Sequence record: SRR20825019_1479
Direction: 5' to 3' (one strand)
DNA length: 45,994 nt
Within the stretch, counting starts at the first letter, position 1; the number at the start of each line of letters is the position of its first letter. This document shows, piece after piece, positions 1-9,432 of the stretch. A program made the position numbers and the translations under genes. The notes under the pieces are model-generated. The model had not been told where the DNA came from. It did not search any database and saw only the letters and a list, made by a program, of their open reading frames with translations.

Positions 1-941
1 ACGATGGTTGCATCACTTTCTATGATAAATTTTGGTGTATCTATGTCCAGTTTTCCCCATGTAATTTTTTCATTGGGCACTGCCCCTGAATAACTTCCAA
101 AACTTGTTGTGGAGTCACTAATTTGACAAAAATAACTCCAAAACGGTGTGTCTGTACGCTCCATATCTTGGTAAAGCATCGGCACAACACAGATAGGGAA
201 ATCTCCAGCTATTCCTCCTCCAATCTGGAAGAAACCAATTCCTTTTTCTGAATTATCCGTGTACCAATCTGCCAAGAAAGTCATGTACTCTATCCCGCTT
301 TTCATTGTAGAAGCTTTCAACTCGCCTTTAAGAACGTAGCTGGCAAATATATTTCCCATTGTACTGTCTTCCCATCCTGGACAAACAATTGGAAGGTTTT
401 TTTCTGCAGCGGCGTACATCCAAGAATCTTTTAAGTCTATCTCATAATATTCTTCCATAACACCACTTAAAAGCAGTTTATACATATATTCGTGCGGAAG
501 GTAACGCTCGCCTTTGGCTTCGGCGTCTTTCCAAAGTTTTACAATGTGTTCTTGGATTCTTCGGAAAGCTTCTTCCTCAGGAATACAAGTATCTGTAACA
601 CGATTAAGTCCTTTTTCAAGCAAATCCCACTCATCTTGCGGGGTTAAATCTCTGTAATTTGGTACGCGTTTGTAGTGGCTGTGAGCAACAAGATTCATGA
701 TATCTTCTTCCAAATTTGCACCAGTACATGAAATGATGTGTACTTTATCTTGACGAATCATTTCTGCAAAAATCTTTCCTAATTCCGCAGTACTCATAGC
801 ACCCGCAAGAGAAACAAGCATTTTTGAACCTTGCTCTAACTGTGCCTCATAGCCTTTTGCGGCATCCACAAGCGCAGCAGCGTTAAAGTGTAAGTAATAT
901 TTTTCTATAAATTGAGAAATGGATCCTTTGCTAGTACTCAT
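1..941 (-). CDS. Deoxyhypusine synthase-like protein (probable homospermidine synthase, SpeY-like); 3' end runs off the window
   Basis: Not in the ORF track; translated by hand from ATG at 941: MSTSKGSISQFIEKYYLHFNAAALVDAAK...LAGAMSTAELG...ISCTGANLEED...FFQIGGGIAGDF...GSYSGAVPNEKITWGKL...IESDATIV. These are DHS-family motifs. Lies directly downstream of speA-speB. Confidence 0.9.
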   Translation of the reverse strand, partial: MSTSKGSISQFIEKYYLHFNAAALVDAAKGYEAQLEQGSKMLVSLAGAMSTAELGKIFAEMIRQDKVHIISCTGANLEEDIMNLVAHSHYKRVPNYRDLTPQDEWDLLEKGLNRVTDTCIPEEEAFRRIQEHIVKLWKDAEAKGERYLPHEYMYKLLLSGVMEEYYEIDLKDSWMYAAAEKNLPIVCPGWEDSTMGNIFASYVLKGELKASTMKSGIEYMTFLADWYTDNSEKGIGFFQIGGGIAGDFPICVVPMLYQDMERTDTPFWSYFCQISDSTTSFGSYSGAVPNEKITWGKLDIDTPKFIIESDATI

Positions 942-1872
942 CTTCTTCTGTGTTAAATTTTCCCCCAATGCTTCGGGATTTAGTTTCATTAAAATTGTTT
1001 TCGTATTCGTCTCCTTCTTCTGTATCTGCAAACTTATAAGTCAACATTTTGTAATACAGTTTTGCAGCTACAAAGTCTGAAGCTCTTTCGTCTTCATTTG
1101 GGCAAAGTTCCACAATATCAAAACCTACCACATTTCTTTCTTCAAAAACCTGCTTTAAAAAATCAAGTGTTTCATACCAAAAAAGTCCGCCTGGTTCTGG
1201 GGTTCCAGTTGAAGGCAAAATAGAAGGATCGAACGCATCAAGATCGAACGTAATAAACACATTTTCGCCTAAAGCTTCAATTACTTTATCTACCCAATAT
1301 TCATCTTTTGCCATATCGTGAGCAAAAAATACTTTTTCTTCATCCATTACACGGGTTTCGGCAACATCCATACTACGAATTCCAACCTGGATAAGGTTTG
1401 TAGTTTGGCTGGCTTCATAAACTGCACAAGCATGGTTGCATTTTGATCCGTGATATTCACTTCTAAGATCGGCGTGGGCATCAATATGCAGCACCGTTAA
1501 ATCATCAAAACACTCGTTAAAAGCTCTAATAGAACCAATAGAAATACTGTGTTCGCCACCAAAAAGCGTTACGAATTTATTTCGTTTTATATAATCCTTA
1601 GTGGTTTTATGCACTTCTGAAACAACTGCTTCAGGAGAAGAATTTTCAGTAATTGCATCCGCAAGGTAAACCCCTTGTTTATAAACTTCTGTTTGGGTTT
1701 CAATATCATATAGCTCCATGTTTTCGGAAGCATCTAAAAATGCTTCAGGACCTTTATCGGCACCTTTTTGCCAAGTGCTAGTTCCATCATACGGAACGGG
1801 AATTAATACAATTTTTGATGTTTCAAGGGCCGCATATTTTTGCGGTATTCCTGCGTACGTCTTAGTGCTCAT
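931..1872 (-). CDS. speB: Agmatinase (ureohydrolase family)
   Basis: GGEHSIS, DAHADLR and FDLDAFDPS..TGTPEPGG Mn-binding motifs; follows arginine decarboxylase. Confidence 0.93.
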   Translation of the reverse strand: MSTKTYAGIPQKYAALETSKIVLIPVPYDGTSTWQKGADKGPEAFLDASENMELYDIETQTEVYKQGVYLADAITENSSPEAVVSEVHKTTKDYIKRNKFVTLFGGEHSISIGSIRAFNECFDDLTVLHIDAHADLRSEYHGSKCNHACAVYEASQTTNLIQVGIRSMDVAETRVMDEEKVFFAHDMAKDEYWVDKVIEALGENVFITFDLDAFDPSILPSTGTPEPGGLFWYETLDFLKQVFEERNVVGFDIVELCPNEDERASDFVAAKLYYKMLTYKFADTEEGDEYENNFNETKSRSIGGKFNTEEDEY

Positions 1873-3259
1873 AACCTAAAATGTTTAGCAATTGCTCGCT
1901 TGTTTGTTGTTCTGAAAAAAGTTTGGTTGTTATCGTATTGTTTTTATCTCTGTCTATCAATATATGTTTTGGCTGCGGAATTAAGCAGTGTTGCAAGCCT
2001 CCAAAACCGCCAATAGTTTCTTGATATGCTCCCGTATTAAAGAAGCCAATATACAAAGGTTTTTCTTTTCTGAATTTTGGCAGATAAATTGCAGCCATAT
2101 TTTGTTCGCTGTTATAGTAATCATCACTATCACAAGTTAACCCACCTAAAAGCACCCTTTCATATTCGTCATTCCAACGGTTTATAGGTAACATTATAAA
2201 TTTCTTGCTAATAGCCCACGTATCTGGCAAAGTAGTGATGAATGAGGAATTAATCATATTCCACTTTTCGCGATCGTTTTGTTGTTTCTGGTAAAGAATT
2301 TCATAAATAGCACCACCACTTTCACCTACTGTGAAGCTTCCGAATTCCGTGAAAATATTTGGCACGGGCACATCTGCCTCTGCGCAAGTGATATTTATCT
2401 GATTTAAAATCTCATCTATCATATACTGATAGTCGTACTCAAAGTGTAATGAGTTTTTTATAGGAAATCCTCCCCCAATATTCAAACTATCTAAGGAAGG
2501 GCATATTTTTTTAAGACGCACATACACTTTCAAACACTTTACCAATTCGTTCCAGTAATATGCAGTGTCGCGAATACCTGTATTGATGAAGAAATGGAGC
2601 ATTTTAAGATCCACTCTATCATTATTTTTTATTTGGTCTTCGTAAAAAGGAATGATGTTTTTGTATCCAATTCCGAGTCTTGATGTATAAAACTCAAATT
2701 TTGGTTCTTCTTCTGAAGCAATTCGGATGCCTACATTAAAATGGTCTTCAATTTTGTCTGTAAGCAAATCAATTTCTTCATAATTATCTATAATTGGAAT
2801 ACAGTTTTCGTGACCGTTATTAATTAATCGCGCTATATTTTCTATATACTGTTCACGCTTAAAACCGTTACAGATAACGTAGGTTTTATTGGTAACTTTT
2901 CCTGATTCTTTAAGGCTTTCTACAATATCAATATCAAAAGCTGAAGAGGTTTCTATATGAATATCGTTTTTAAGTGCTTCATTCAAAACATGTTTAAAAT
3001 GCGAGCTTTTAGTGCAATAACAATAATTATAGGTGCCTTTATAATTATTTTTTTCAATAGCTTCTGCAAACCATTTTTTAGCCAAATTTATATTTTCCGA
3101 AATTTTTGGAAGATAGGTAAACTTAAGCGGAGCACCATATTCTTCAACAAGCGTCATAAGATCTACGCCATGAAATTCGAGCCCATTATCGCCTAAACGG
3201 AACTCTTCCTGTGGAAAATAATATGTTTGGTTTATTAAATCTATATACTTGGTATTCAT
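1862..3259 (-). CDS. speA: Arginine decarboxylase (short Bacteroidota form, fold-type III PLP enzyme)
   Basis: YCTKS PLP lysine, LNIGGG, GLTCDSDD and GAYQ motifs; in operon with agmatinase. Confidence 0.88.
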   Translation of the reverse strand: MNTKYIDLINQTYYFPQEEFRLGDNGLEFHGVDLMTLVEEYGAPLKFTYLPKISENINLAKKWFAEAIEKNNYKGTYNYCYCTKSSHFKHVLNEALKNDIHIETSSAFDIDIVESLKESGKVTNKTYVICNGFKREQYIENIARLINNGHENCIPIIDNYEEIDLLTDKIEDHFNVGIRIASEEEPKFEFYTSRLGIGYKNIIPFYEDQIKNNDRVDLKMLHFFINTGIRDTAYYWNELVKCLKVYVRLKKICPSLDSLNIGGGFPIKNSLHFEYDYQYMIDEILNQINITCAEADVPVPNIFTEFGSFTVGESGGAIYEILYQKQQNDREKWNMINSSFITTLPDTWAISKKFIMLPINRWNDEYERVLLGGLTCDSDDYYNSEQNMAAIYLPKFRKEKPLYIGFFNTGAYQETIGGFGGLQHCLIPQPKHILIDRDKNNTITTKLFSEQQTSEQLLNILGYEH

Positions 3260-3296
3260 TCTTTTATTTTCGTTGAATTATGTAAATTAAAAATCA

Positions 3297-3518
3297 TTGT
3301 TGATAATTCCTCTAAAAAAGAGGAGTATAACAAAAAATTAACTTGAAGATTAAATATGAATAGGCAAAAGGTTTAGAATGAAACTTTTGCCAAAAAACCA
3401 CTGTATTACAGCCGTTGGAAGTAAAAATGTGTTGTCCATTTAGAATTTTTGCTTCTAAAAATACCAGAAGCCAACCATTATAAAAATACTATTTTTAAAA
3501 TATTTCAATGCAAATGTG
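3297..3518 (-). promoter_or_regulatory. Long structured 5' leader of speA operon with possible -7 element (CACATTTG, 3511-3518) and a 29-codon uORF (3350-3439)
   Basis: Hairpins at 3451-3471, 3363-3391 and 3297-3333; uORF MDNTFLLPTAVIQWFFGKSFILNLLPIHI. Confidence 0.4.
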
Positions 3519-3570
3519 CCAAAAAAAATTCAATAATTAAAAAAAGTGACCATTTTTTCATTAGGTCTTA

Positions 3571-4503
3571 TTAAATCATACTGAACATATTTAGTTCATT
3601 TTCGGTTAGTGTTCTCCAGCGACCACGCGGTAAATCCTTTTTGGTTAACGGCCCAAGAGTTACGCAATCTACACGTACCACATCGTACCCTAAATGTTCA
3701 AAAATGGTTCTAATAACACTATTTCCAGTATGCTTTATCTTCAGTCCTACTTCACTTTTTGGTGAATTATCTACATAACTAATTTCATCTACAGTTATTT
3801 CTTTACCTTCAATAGTCAAACCTTCCTTAATTTTCTTAATGTGTTCGGCTTTTAGGTTCTTGTCTAATTCTATATGAAAAAGTCTCGTAATTCCTTTTTT
3901 GGTGAATTTTTGTACAAATTCATCATCATTTGTAAAAAGCAAAAGTCCCGTTGCATTTCTTCCCAAACGGCCAAAAGGTTTAATTTTAGCTGTTGTAGCA
4001 TTAGCTACCAAATCCATAACAGTCATACCCTTAGCATTACTATCGGTGGTTGCAAAACCTTTGGGTTTATTCAATAACACATAGGTATTGGGTTCAGGGT
4101 TTAATCTACGTCCATCAAAACGCACATCATCAGCCAGTTGAACTTTGTAGCCCATCTCGTTAATAATTTTACCATTTACGGTTACCAAACCTGTGGCTAT
4201 ATAGGTGTCGGCTTCACGACGTGAGCAAATACCGCTATTTGCAATGTATTTATTAAGGCGAATTCCATCTTCTGGATTGCTCTTTTTTACTACTTGTACC
4301 GTTTTTTCTCTACGGCCTATTTCCTTTCCATTTTTATCAAACTTCAATTTAGGCTTCGCAACTGGATCCTGTTGTCTTCCTGTTTTTTTTGAGGAAGCAT
4401 CAGACTTTAAAGCGGCATTTCCGCGAGCCATACTTTTCTTTCTTGCATTCTTCCCTGGTTTTTTGGAACCTCTCCCGCTATCATAATTATCGTGTGTGCT
4501 CAT
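3571..4503 (-). CDS. RsuA/RluB-family pseudouridine synthase homolog with S4 domain; catalytic Asp apparently absent
   Basis: IRLNKYIANSGICSRREAD S4 domain, YVLLNKPKG, GRLGRNATGLLLFTND (canonical GRLD), C-terminal LPRGRWRTLT. Confidence 0.88.
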   Translation of the reverse strand: MSTHDNYDSGRGSKKPGKNARKKSMARGNAALKSDASSKKTGRQQDPVAKPKLKFDKNGKEIGRREKTVQVVKKSNPEDGIRLNKYIANSGICSRREADTYIATGLVTVNGKIINEMGYKVQLADDVRFDGRRLNPEPNTYVLLNKPKGFATTDSNAKGMTVMDLVANATTAKIKPFGRLGRNATGLLLFTNDDEFVQKFTKKGITRLFHIELDKNLKAEHIKKIKEGLTIEGKEITVDEISYVDNSPKSEVGLKIKHTGNSVIRTIFEHLGYDVVRVDCVTLGPLTKKDLPRGRWRTLTENELNMFSMI

Positions 4504-4517
4504 CTTTAAATTTTTTG

Positions 4518-4525
4518 CAAAGGTA
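4518..4525 (-). promoter_or_regulatory. Bacteroidota -7 promoter element (TACCTTTG) for the RsuA-like gene
   Basis: Matches TAnnTTTG, about 15 nt upstream of the ATG. Confidence 0.7.
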
Positions 4526-4602
4526 ATGAATTTAATTAGGCAATTACAGTTTTCAGATTGTAGTATAAAAACTTATAAATAAGCTGAGTTACTGTAACTT
4601 TC

Positions 4603-5748
4603 TTAGGAAACGATTTCTTTTAAAATCGTTAAATAATCTTTTCGATTTTTAAGAAAATCCATTTCAGAAATATCAATGATTTTTATAGTATCTGAATGTT
4701 GATTTTTTATGAATTCCAGATAACTTACATTCAATTTTTGTAGATATTCAGCCTGAATGCTTTGTTCATACTTACGTCCTCTTTTTTTAATATTTTGCAA
4801 CAAACGCTCCGTATTCTGGTGCAGATAAATATATACATCGGGCTTCGGCAAATCTTTGTGCATTACCTGAAAAAGTTTTTTATAAAGTGAATATTCTTCT
4901 TCGGGCAAGGTAATGCTAGCAAAAATTAAAGATTTATTTACGTCGTAATCGGCAATTACAGATTCTTTAAAAAGATCAAATTGTGTAATATCATCCACCA
5001 ATTGCTGATACCTATCTGCCAAAAAAGACATTTCTAATGGAAAAGCATAACGCACCGCATCTTCATAAAATTTTGGAAGAAAGGCATTATCCTTAAAACG
5101 TTCTAAAATCAATTTTGAATTAAAATCATTCGCAATTTTAGAAGCCAAACTGGTTTTTCCAGCCCCTATATTTCCTTCAATAGCAATGTAACTATATTTT
5201 GAAATATCATAGTCTTTTATTGGATTGCTAAGCCATTTTGATTGCTTCTGAAGCACACTATCATCTTCTGTTTCTGAAAGAATTTTAATTATATTTTTTC
5301 CAGAAACTGGATGTACCAATTGCGAATTTAATTCTGCCAAGGGTTGCACAACAAACTTTCGTTTTTCCATTTCTGGATGCGGAACAGTAAGGCTTTTAGA
5401 CGCAAGTACTAAATCGTCAATAAATATAATATCGATATCTATGGGTCTTGAAGTATAGGTTTCTGAAGTATTTCTACTTCGCCCCATTGTTTTTTCAATT
5501 TCCAAAATTTTCTTTAATATTTTGGAAGATTTTAAGTCTGTTTGAAGCAAAACAGCACAGTTCAAAAAAGGTTCACCATCAAAACCAAGCGCAGGAGTTT
5601 CATAAACAGAAGAAATTTTAAGAATAGTTCCAACTTCTTCAAAAAGAGCATTTATGGCACTTTGAAGACACTCAAAACGGTTTCCCATATTGCTTCCGAG
5701 CGAAAAATATACGTTATGAAGTGGTTTCAGCAAATCCAATTTTAACAT
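4603..5748 (-). CDS. folK: FolK (HPPK) fused to a C-terminal deoxynucleoside kinase domain
   Basis: N-terminal LGSNMG, SSVYET, RPIDIDI, VPHP; C-terminal IAIEGNIGAGKT P-loop, FLADRYQQ, PKPD. Confidence 0.9.
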   Translation of the reverse strand: MLKLDLLKPLHNVYFSLGSNMGNRFECLQSAINALFEEVGTILKISSVYETPALGFDGEPFLNCAVLLQTDLKSSKILKKILEIEKTMGRSRNTSETYTSRPIDIDIIFIDDLVLASKSLTVPHPEMEKRKFVVQPLAELNSQLVHPVSGKNIIKILSETEDDSVLQKQSKWLSNPIKDYDISKYSYIAIEGNIGAGKTSLASKIANDFNSKLILERFKDNAFLPKFYEDAVRYAFPLEMSFLADRYQQLVDDITQFDLFKESVIADYDVNKSLIFASITLPEEEYSLYKKLFQVMHKDLPKPDVYIYLHQNTERLLQNIKKRGRKYEQSIQAEYLQKLNVSYLEFIKNQHSDTIKIIDISEMDFLKNRKDYLTILKEIVS

Positions 5749-5785
5749 TTATGACGAAATTAAGGAAAAGTAAAAGACTACCAAG

Positions 5786-5818
5786 TAAATTTGTGTGCAG
5801 AAATAAATTTACTGCACA
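5786..5818 (+). promoter_or_regulatory. -7 element (TAAATTTG) followed by a short hairpin upstream of the AsmA gene
   Basis: TAAATTTG at 5786-5793; TGTGCAG...CTGCACA inverted repeat at 5794-5818. Confidence 0.55.
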
Positions 5819-5877
5819 ACCTATTTTTAAAGAATTGTATTTAAGTAAATTAGCAATCTAAAATTTTAAATTTTTTT

Positions 5878-8520
5878 ATGAAAAAAGCATTAAAAGTAAT
5901 TGGAATTATTTTCGGAATATTGATTTTGTTGCTTTTAGCAGCGCCTTTCCTTTTTAAAGGCAGCTTAGAAAAAATGTTGAAAAACACCATCAACGAAAAT
6001 CTAAATGCAACTATAACTTGGGAAGAATTAGACTTGAGTCTTTTCAGTAGTTTTCCAGATGCCTCACTGCGGTTAAATAACTTTAGTGTTATCAACAAAT
6101 CACCTTTTGAAGGCGATACACTTGCCAGTGGAAAAAGTTTGAAATTAGACATGGGTGTGATGCAGCTTTTTAAATCTGAAAACATTAAAATAGATGCCAT
6201 AAAATTGGATGAGGCATTGGTAAACATAAAAATTGATTCCCTCGGAAATGCCAATTATGATATTGCAATAAAAAAAGATACTCCAGTAACTTCAGATGGT
6301 GAAGATGCAAGCAACGGTTTTACTTTTGAACTTAATAAATATGAAATTACCGATTCAAAAATCAATTATAGTGACGAAGCAAGCAAAACTTATTTAACAC
6401 TCACAGATTTTCAGCACGAAGGAAGTGGCGATTTTTCACAAGAAATAAGCAACCTCGACACACAAACCGAGGCCCTTGTTTCATTTAAAATGGAAGATGC
6501 CGAATATTTAACAAAAAATAGAATTTCACTGGATGCCGTTTTTAAACTCGATTTAAAAAACCAGAAATACACCTTTCTTGATAATGAAGCAAAAATCAAT
6601 GAATTACCACTTGTTTTTGATGGCTTCGTAAAAATAAATGAAACCAATAATGAAGTAGACATAACTTTCAAAACTCCTTCTTCAGATTTTAAAAATTTTC
6701 TAGCAGTAATTCCTGAAGCCTATGTTAAACAAATTAGCGATGTAAAAACTACAGGAAATTTCACCATAAACGGTATGCTAAAAGGTGTTGTAGACAGCAC
6801 TCACATACCTATGATGGATATAAAAGTGGCGAGTGATAACGCATCATTCAAATATCCAGATTTACCGAAAGAAGTAAATAATATTTCAATCGATGTGCAA
6901 TTAAAAAATGAAACTGGACTTTTAAAAGACACTTTTTTAAACATCGCAAAACTTACATTTAAAATTGACGGAGAACCTTTCCTGATGAACGGAAGTATTA
7001 AAAATATGACTGAAAATCCGTTAGTAAATATGGAAATGCAAGGAACTTTAAACCTTGCAAACATAAAGCAAGTACTGCCTGTAGAAATGGAACAAAACCT
7101 TAGCGGTATTTTTAAGGCGGATATTATTGCTAATTTCGACATGGAATCTGTTGATAAAGAACAATACCAAAAAATTGATGCACGCGGAACAGCGAGTTTA
7201 ACAAACTTTAATTATGATGCAGGTTTTAAAAATGAATTAAAAATAGCAAACGCCAGTTTAGCTTTAAAACCTGGTACAATTACACTTAATGAGCTGAATG
7301 CCACAACGGGGCAAACAGACATTAAAGCTTCTGGAAATATTCAAAATCTTATTCCTTTCTTAATGAGTAAACAAGATTTAAAAGGACGGTTTGCAATACA
7401 ATCCAACACCTTTAATGTGAACGATTTTATGGCTTCTGAAAACGGAGCAACAACAGCTAATGCCGAAGGAAATAGTAAAACTCCAGAAAAAACTACTTCA
7501 GAAGAAGCAGTAAAAATACCAGATTTCTTAGATGCTACTTTAGATTTTAATGCTGGCAAAGTAGTGTATGACAATTTAGAATTGAAAAACGCCAAAGGAA
7601 CAGCTTCCATAGCAAATGAAGCAATTACCATTAGTAATTTCACTTCAGATATTTTTGGTGGAAATATCGCACTTTCAGGAAATGTTTCAACAAAAAACGA
7701 AATTCCAACGTTTGCGATGGATCTGGATTTAAGCAAAATTGATATTGATCAATCATTTAAAGGCTTAGAATTATTCAAATTTTTAGCACCAATCGCAAAA
7801 GCTTTAAAAGGAAGTTTAAACACCAAGTTTCAATTAAACGGACAATTAACGAACGATCTTTCACCAAAACTTTCTACCCTTGCTGGAACAGCGCTTGCAC
7901 AAATAATTACTGCAGATGTTGATTCACAACAAGCGCCATTGCTTTCTGCGCTTGGTAATAAAGTTTCATTTTTGAACTTAGATAAATTGAGTTTACGAGA
8001 TATTAGCACCAATTTTACCTTCAACAATGGAAAAATAGAAGTAAAACCGTTTCATTTTGATGTAAAAGGAATCGACGTTGCTGTAGCAGGAACGCATGGT
8101 TTGGATAAATCGATAGACTATAATTTAACGCTCGATGTGCCTGCAAAATATTTGGGTAGAGAAGTAACTAAGTTACTTCAAAATTTAGACCCAAAAGAAG
8201 CAGATGAAATGAGTGTTGCGCTGCCAATTGGTTTAAAAGGAACATTTACGAGCCCGCAAGTTTCAATGAATACTGAAACTGCCATTACTGCTTTAACCAA
8301 GCAACTTTTGGCAAAACAGAAAGATAAATTATTAAACCAAGGCACCGATATTCTGGGCGGTTTATTAGGTGGCGGAACAAAAACAGATTCTACAAAAACA
8401 AATACAAGCACGAATCAACAACAAAATACGCAGCAACAAAACACTAAAATAATCAAGGATGTTTTAGGCGGATTACTCGGTGGAAAAAAGAAGACGGACA
8501 CCACTAAAACAAAAAACTAA
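5878..8520 (+). CDS. AsmA-family protein (probable bridge-like lipid transfer protein)
   Basis: Single N-terminal TM anchor, LSLFSSFP motif, long beta-rich repeats, C-terminal amphipathic LGGLLGG segments. Confidence 0.82.
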   Translation: MKKALKVIGIIFGILILLLLAAPFLFKGSLEKMLKNTINENLNATITWEELDLSLFSSFPDASLRLNNFSVINKSPFEGDTLASGKSLKLDMGVMQLFKSENIKIDAIKLDEALVNIKIDSLGNANYDIAIKKDTPVTSDGEDASNGFTFELNKYEITDSKINYSDEASKTYLTLTDFQHEGSGDFSQEISNLDTQTEALVSFKMEDAEYLTKNRISLDAVFKLDLKNQKYTFLDNEAKINELPLVFDGFVKINETNNEVDITFKTPSSDFKNFLAVIPEAYVKQISDVKTTGNFTINGMLKGVVDSTHIPMMDIKVASDNASFKYPDLPKEVNNISIDVQLKNETGLLKDTFLNIAKLTFKIDGEPFLMNGSIKNMTENPLVNMEMQGTLNLANIKQVLPVEMEQNLSGIFKADIIANFDMESVDKEQYQKIDARGTASLTNFNYDAGFKNELKIANASLALKPGTITLNELNATTGQTDIKASGNIQNLIPFLMSKQDLKGRFAIQSNTFNVNDFMASENGATTANAEGNSKTPEKTTSEEAVKIPDFLDATLDFNAGKVVYDNLELKNAKGTASIANEAITISNFTSDIFGGNIALSGNVSTKNEIPTFAMDLDLSKIDIDQSFKGLELFKFLAPIAKALKGSLNTKFQLNGQLTNDLSPKLSTLAGTALAQIITADVDSQQAPLLSALGNKVSFLNLDKLSLRDISTNFTFNNGKIEVKPFHFDVKGIDVAVAGTHGLDKSIDYNLTLDVPAKYLGREVTKLLQNLDPKEADEMSVALPIGLKGTFTSPQVSMNTETAITALTKQLLAKQKDKLLNQGTDILGGLLGGGTKTDSTKTNTSTNQQQNTQQQNTKIIKDVLGGLLGGKKKTDTTKTKN

Positions 8521-9311
8521 TTTACAGTAATGGAAACCACATAGCCTTCGTTTCCACGAATATTAAAAACGGTATCGTCTTCAAAAATTAGATATTGCCC
8601 TTTTATTCCTTTTAAAACTCCTTCATAAAAAGGGGTTTTTTCAAGGTTTAGTGATTTTGGTTTTTCCGGATACCTTAGTACTGGAAATTGAAGGTTTGTT
8701 TCAATATTATTTTCCAAATAATATTCGGTAGCCTCATTAGGAATAAATTTTTTCAACTGATTTCGCCAATCGATTAAATTTTCATCTTTCACATCATTTT
8801 TCAGCATACTACGCCAATTGGTTTTATCGCTCACGTGATCTTTTAGCGCCACTTCGGTAATACCTGCAAGATAGCGATTGGGCACTTCAACAATTTCAAT
8901 TGCTTCATGCGCGCCTTGGTCAATCCAGCGTGTGGGAACTTGATTTTTGCGTGTTACACCTACTTTTACACTACTACTATTGGCCAGATAAACCACGTGT
9001 GGTTGTAGTTGCACCCTTTTTTCATACTCAAGATCGCGATCTTCAATATTTAAATGTGCAGTACTTTTTTCAGGATTTATCACCCAATCTGCTGCTTGTG
9101 GAATTTCATAAAAACAATCATAACAAAATCCTTGTCTATATATTTTCTTCTGAAGGGAACAATTTAAACATTGGTAGTGCAGAAAATTGATTGCTATTTT
9201 CTTATCCAATAATTGATTAATATTTAAAAAATCGTTCTCAAAAACCAAATAATATTGAATAGGTGAACCATTTTCAGTTTGCATTTTTGTTAGTACTCCT
9301 TCGTAATTCAT
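8517..9311 (-). CDS. DUF2797-like protein
   Basis: CLNC...QGFCYDC, HVVYLANSSSVKVGVTR...TRWIDQGA, LKGIKGQYLIF. Confidence 0.8.
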   Translation of the reverse strand: MNYEGVLTKMQTENGSPIQYYLVFENDFLNINQLLDKKIAINFLHYQCLNCSLQKKIYRQGFCYDCFYEIPQAADWVINPEKSTAHLNIEDRDLEYEKRVQLQPHVVYLANSSSVKVGVTRKNQVPTRWIDQGAHEAIEIVEVPNRYLAGITEVALKDHVSDKTNWRSMLKNDVKDENLIDWRNQLKKFIPNEATEYYLENNIETNLQFPVLRYPEKPKSLNLEKTPFYEGVLKGIKGQYLIFEDDTVFNIRGNEGYVVSITVN

Positions 9312-9432
9312 TTATAGGAAATATTTTGACGGAACCTTTTCTGAAAAACCTTTGAAAAAAACATCACTTCAAAAAAGAGAAATTCGTAATTATAAAATCG
9401 TTATTTTTATAGCATAAAGATAGCGGAAAAAT

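Noticed and set aside
931..1040. Resemblance of the SpeB tail (EEGDEY/EEDEY) to the alpha-tubulin C-terminus
   Set aside because: Short low-complexity acidic match with no supporting context.
8380..8520. Low-complexity T/N/Q stretch and repeated LGGLLGG at the AsmA C-terminus
   Set aside because: Consistent with an ordinary linker plus amphipathic tail; not a DNA-level tandem repeat or contingency locus.
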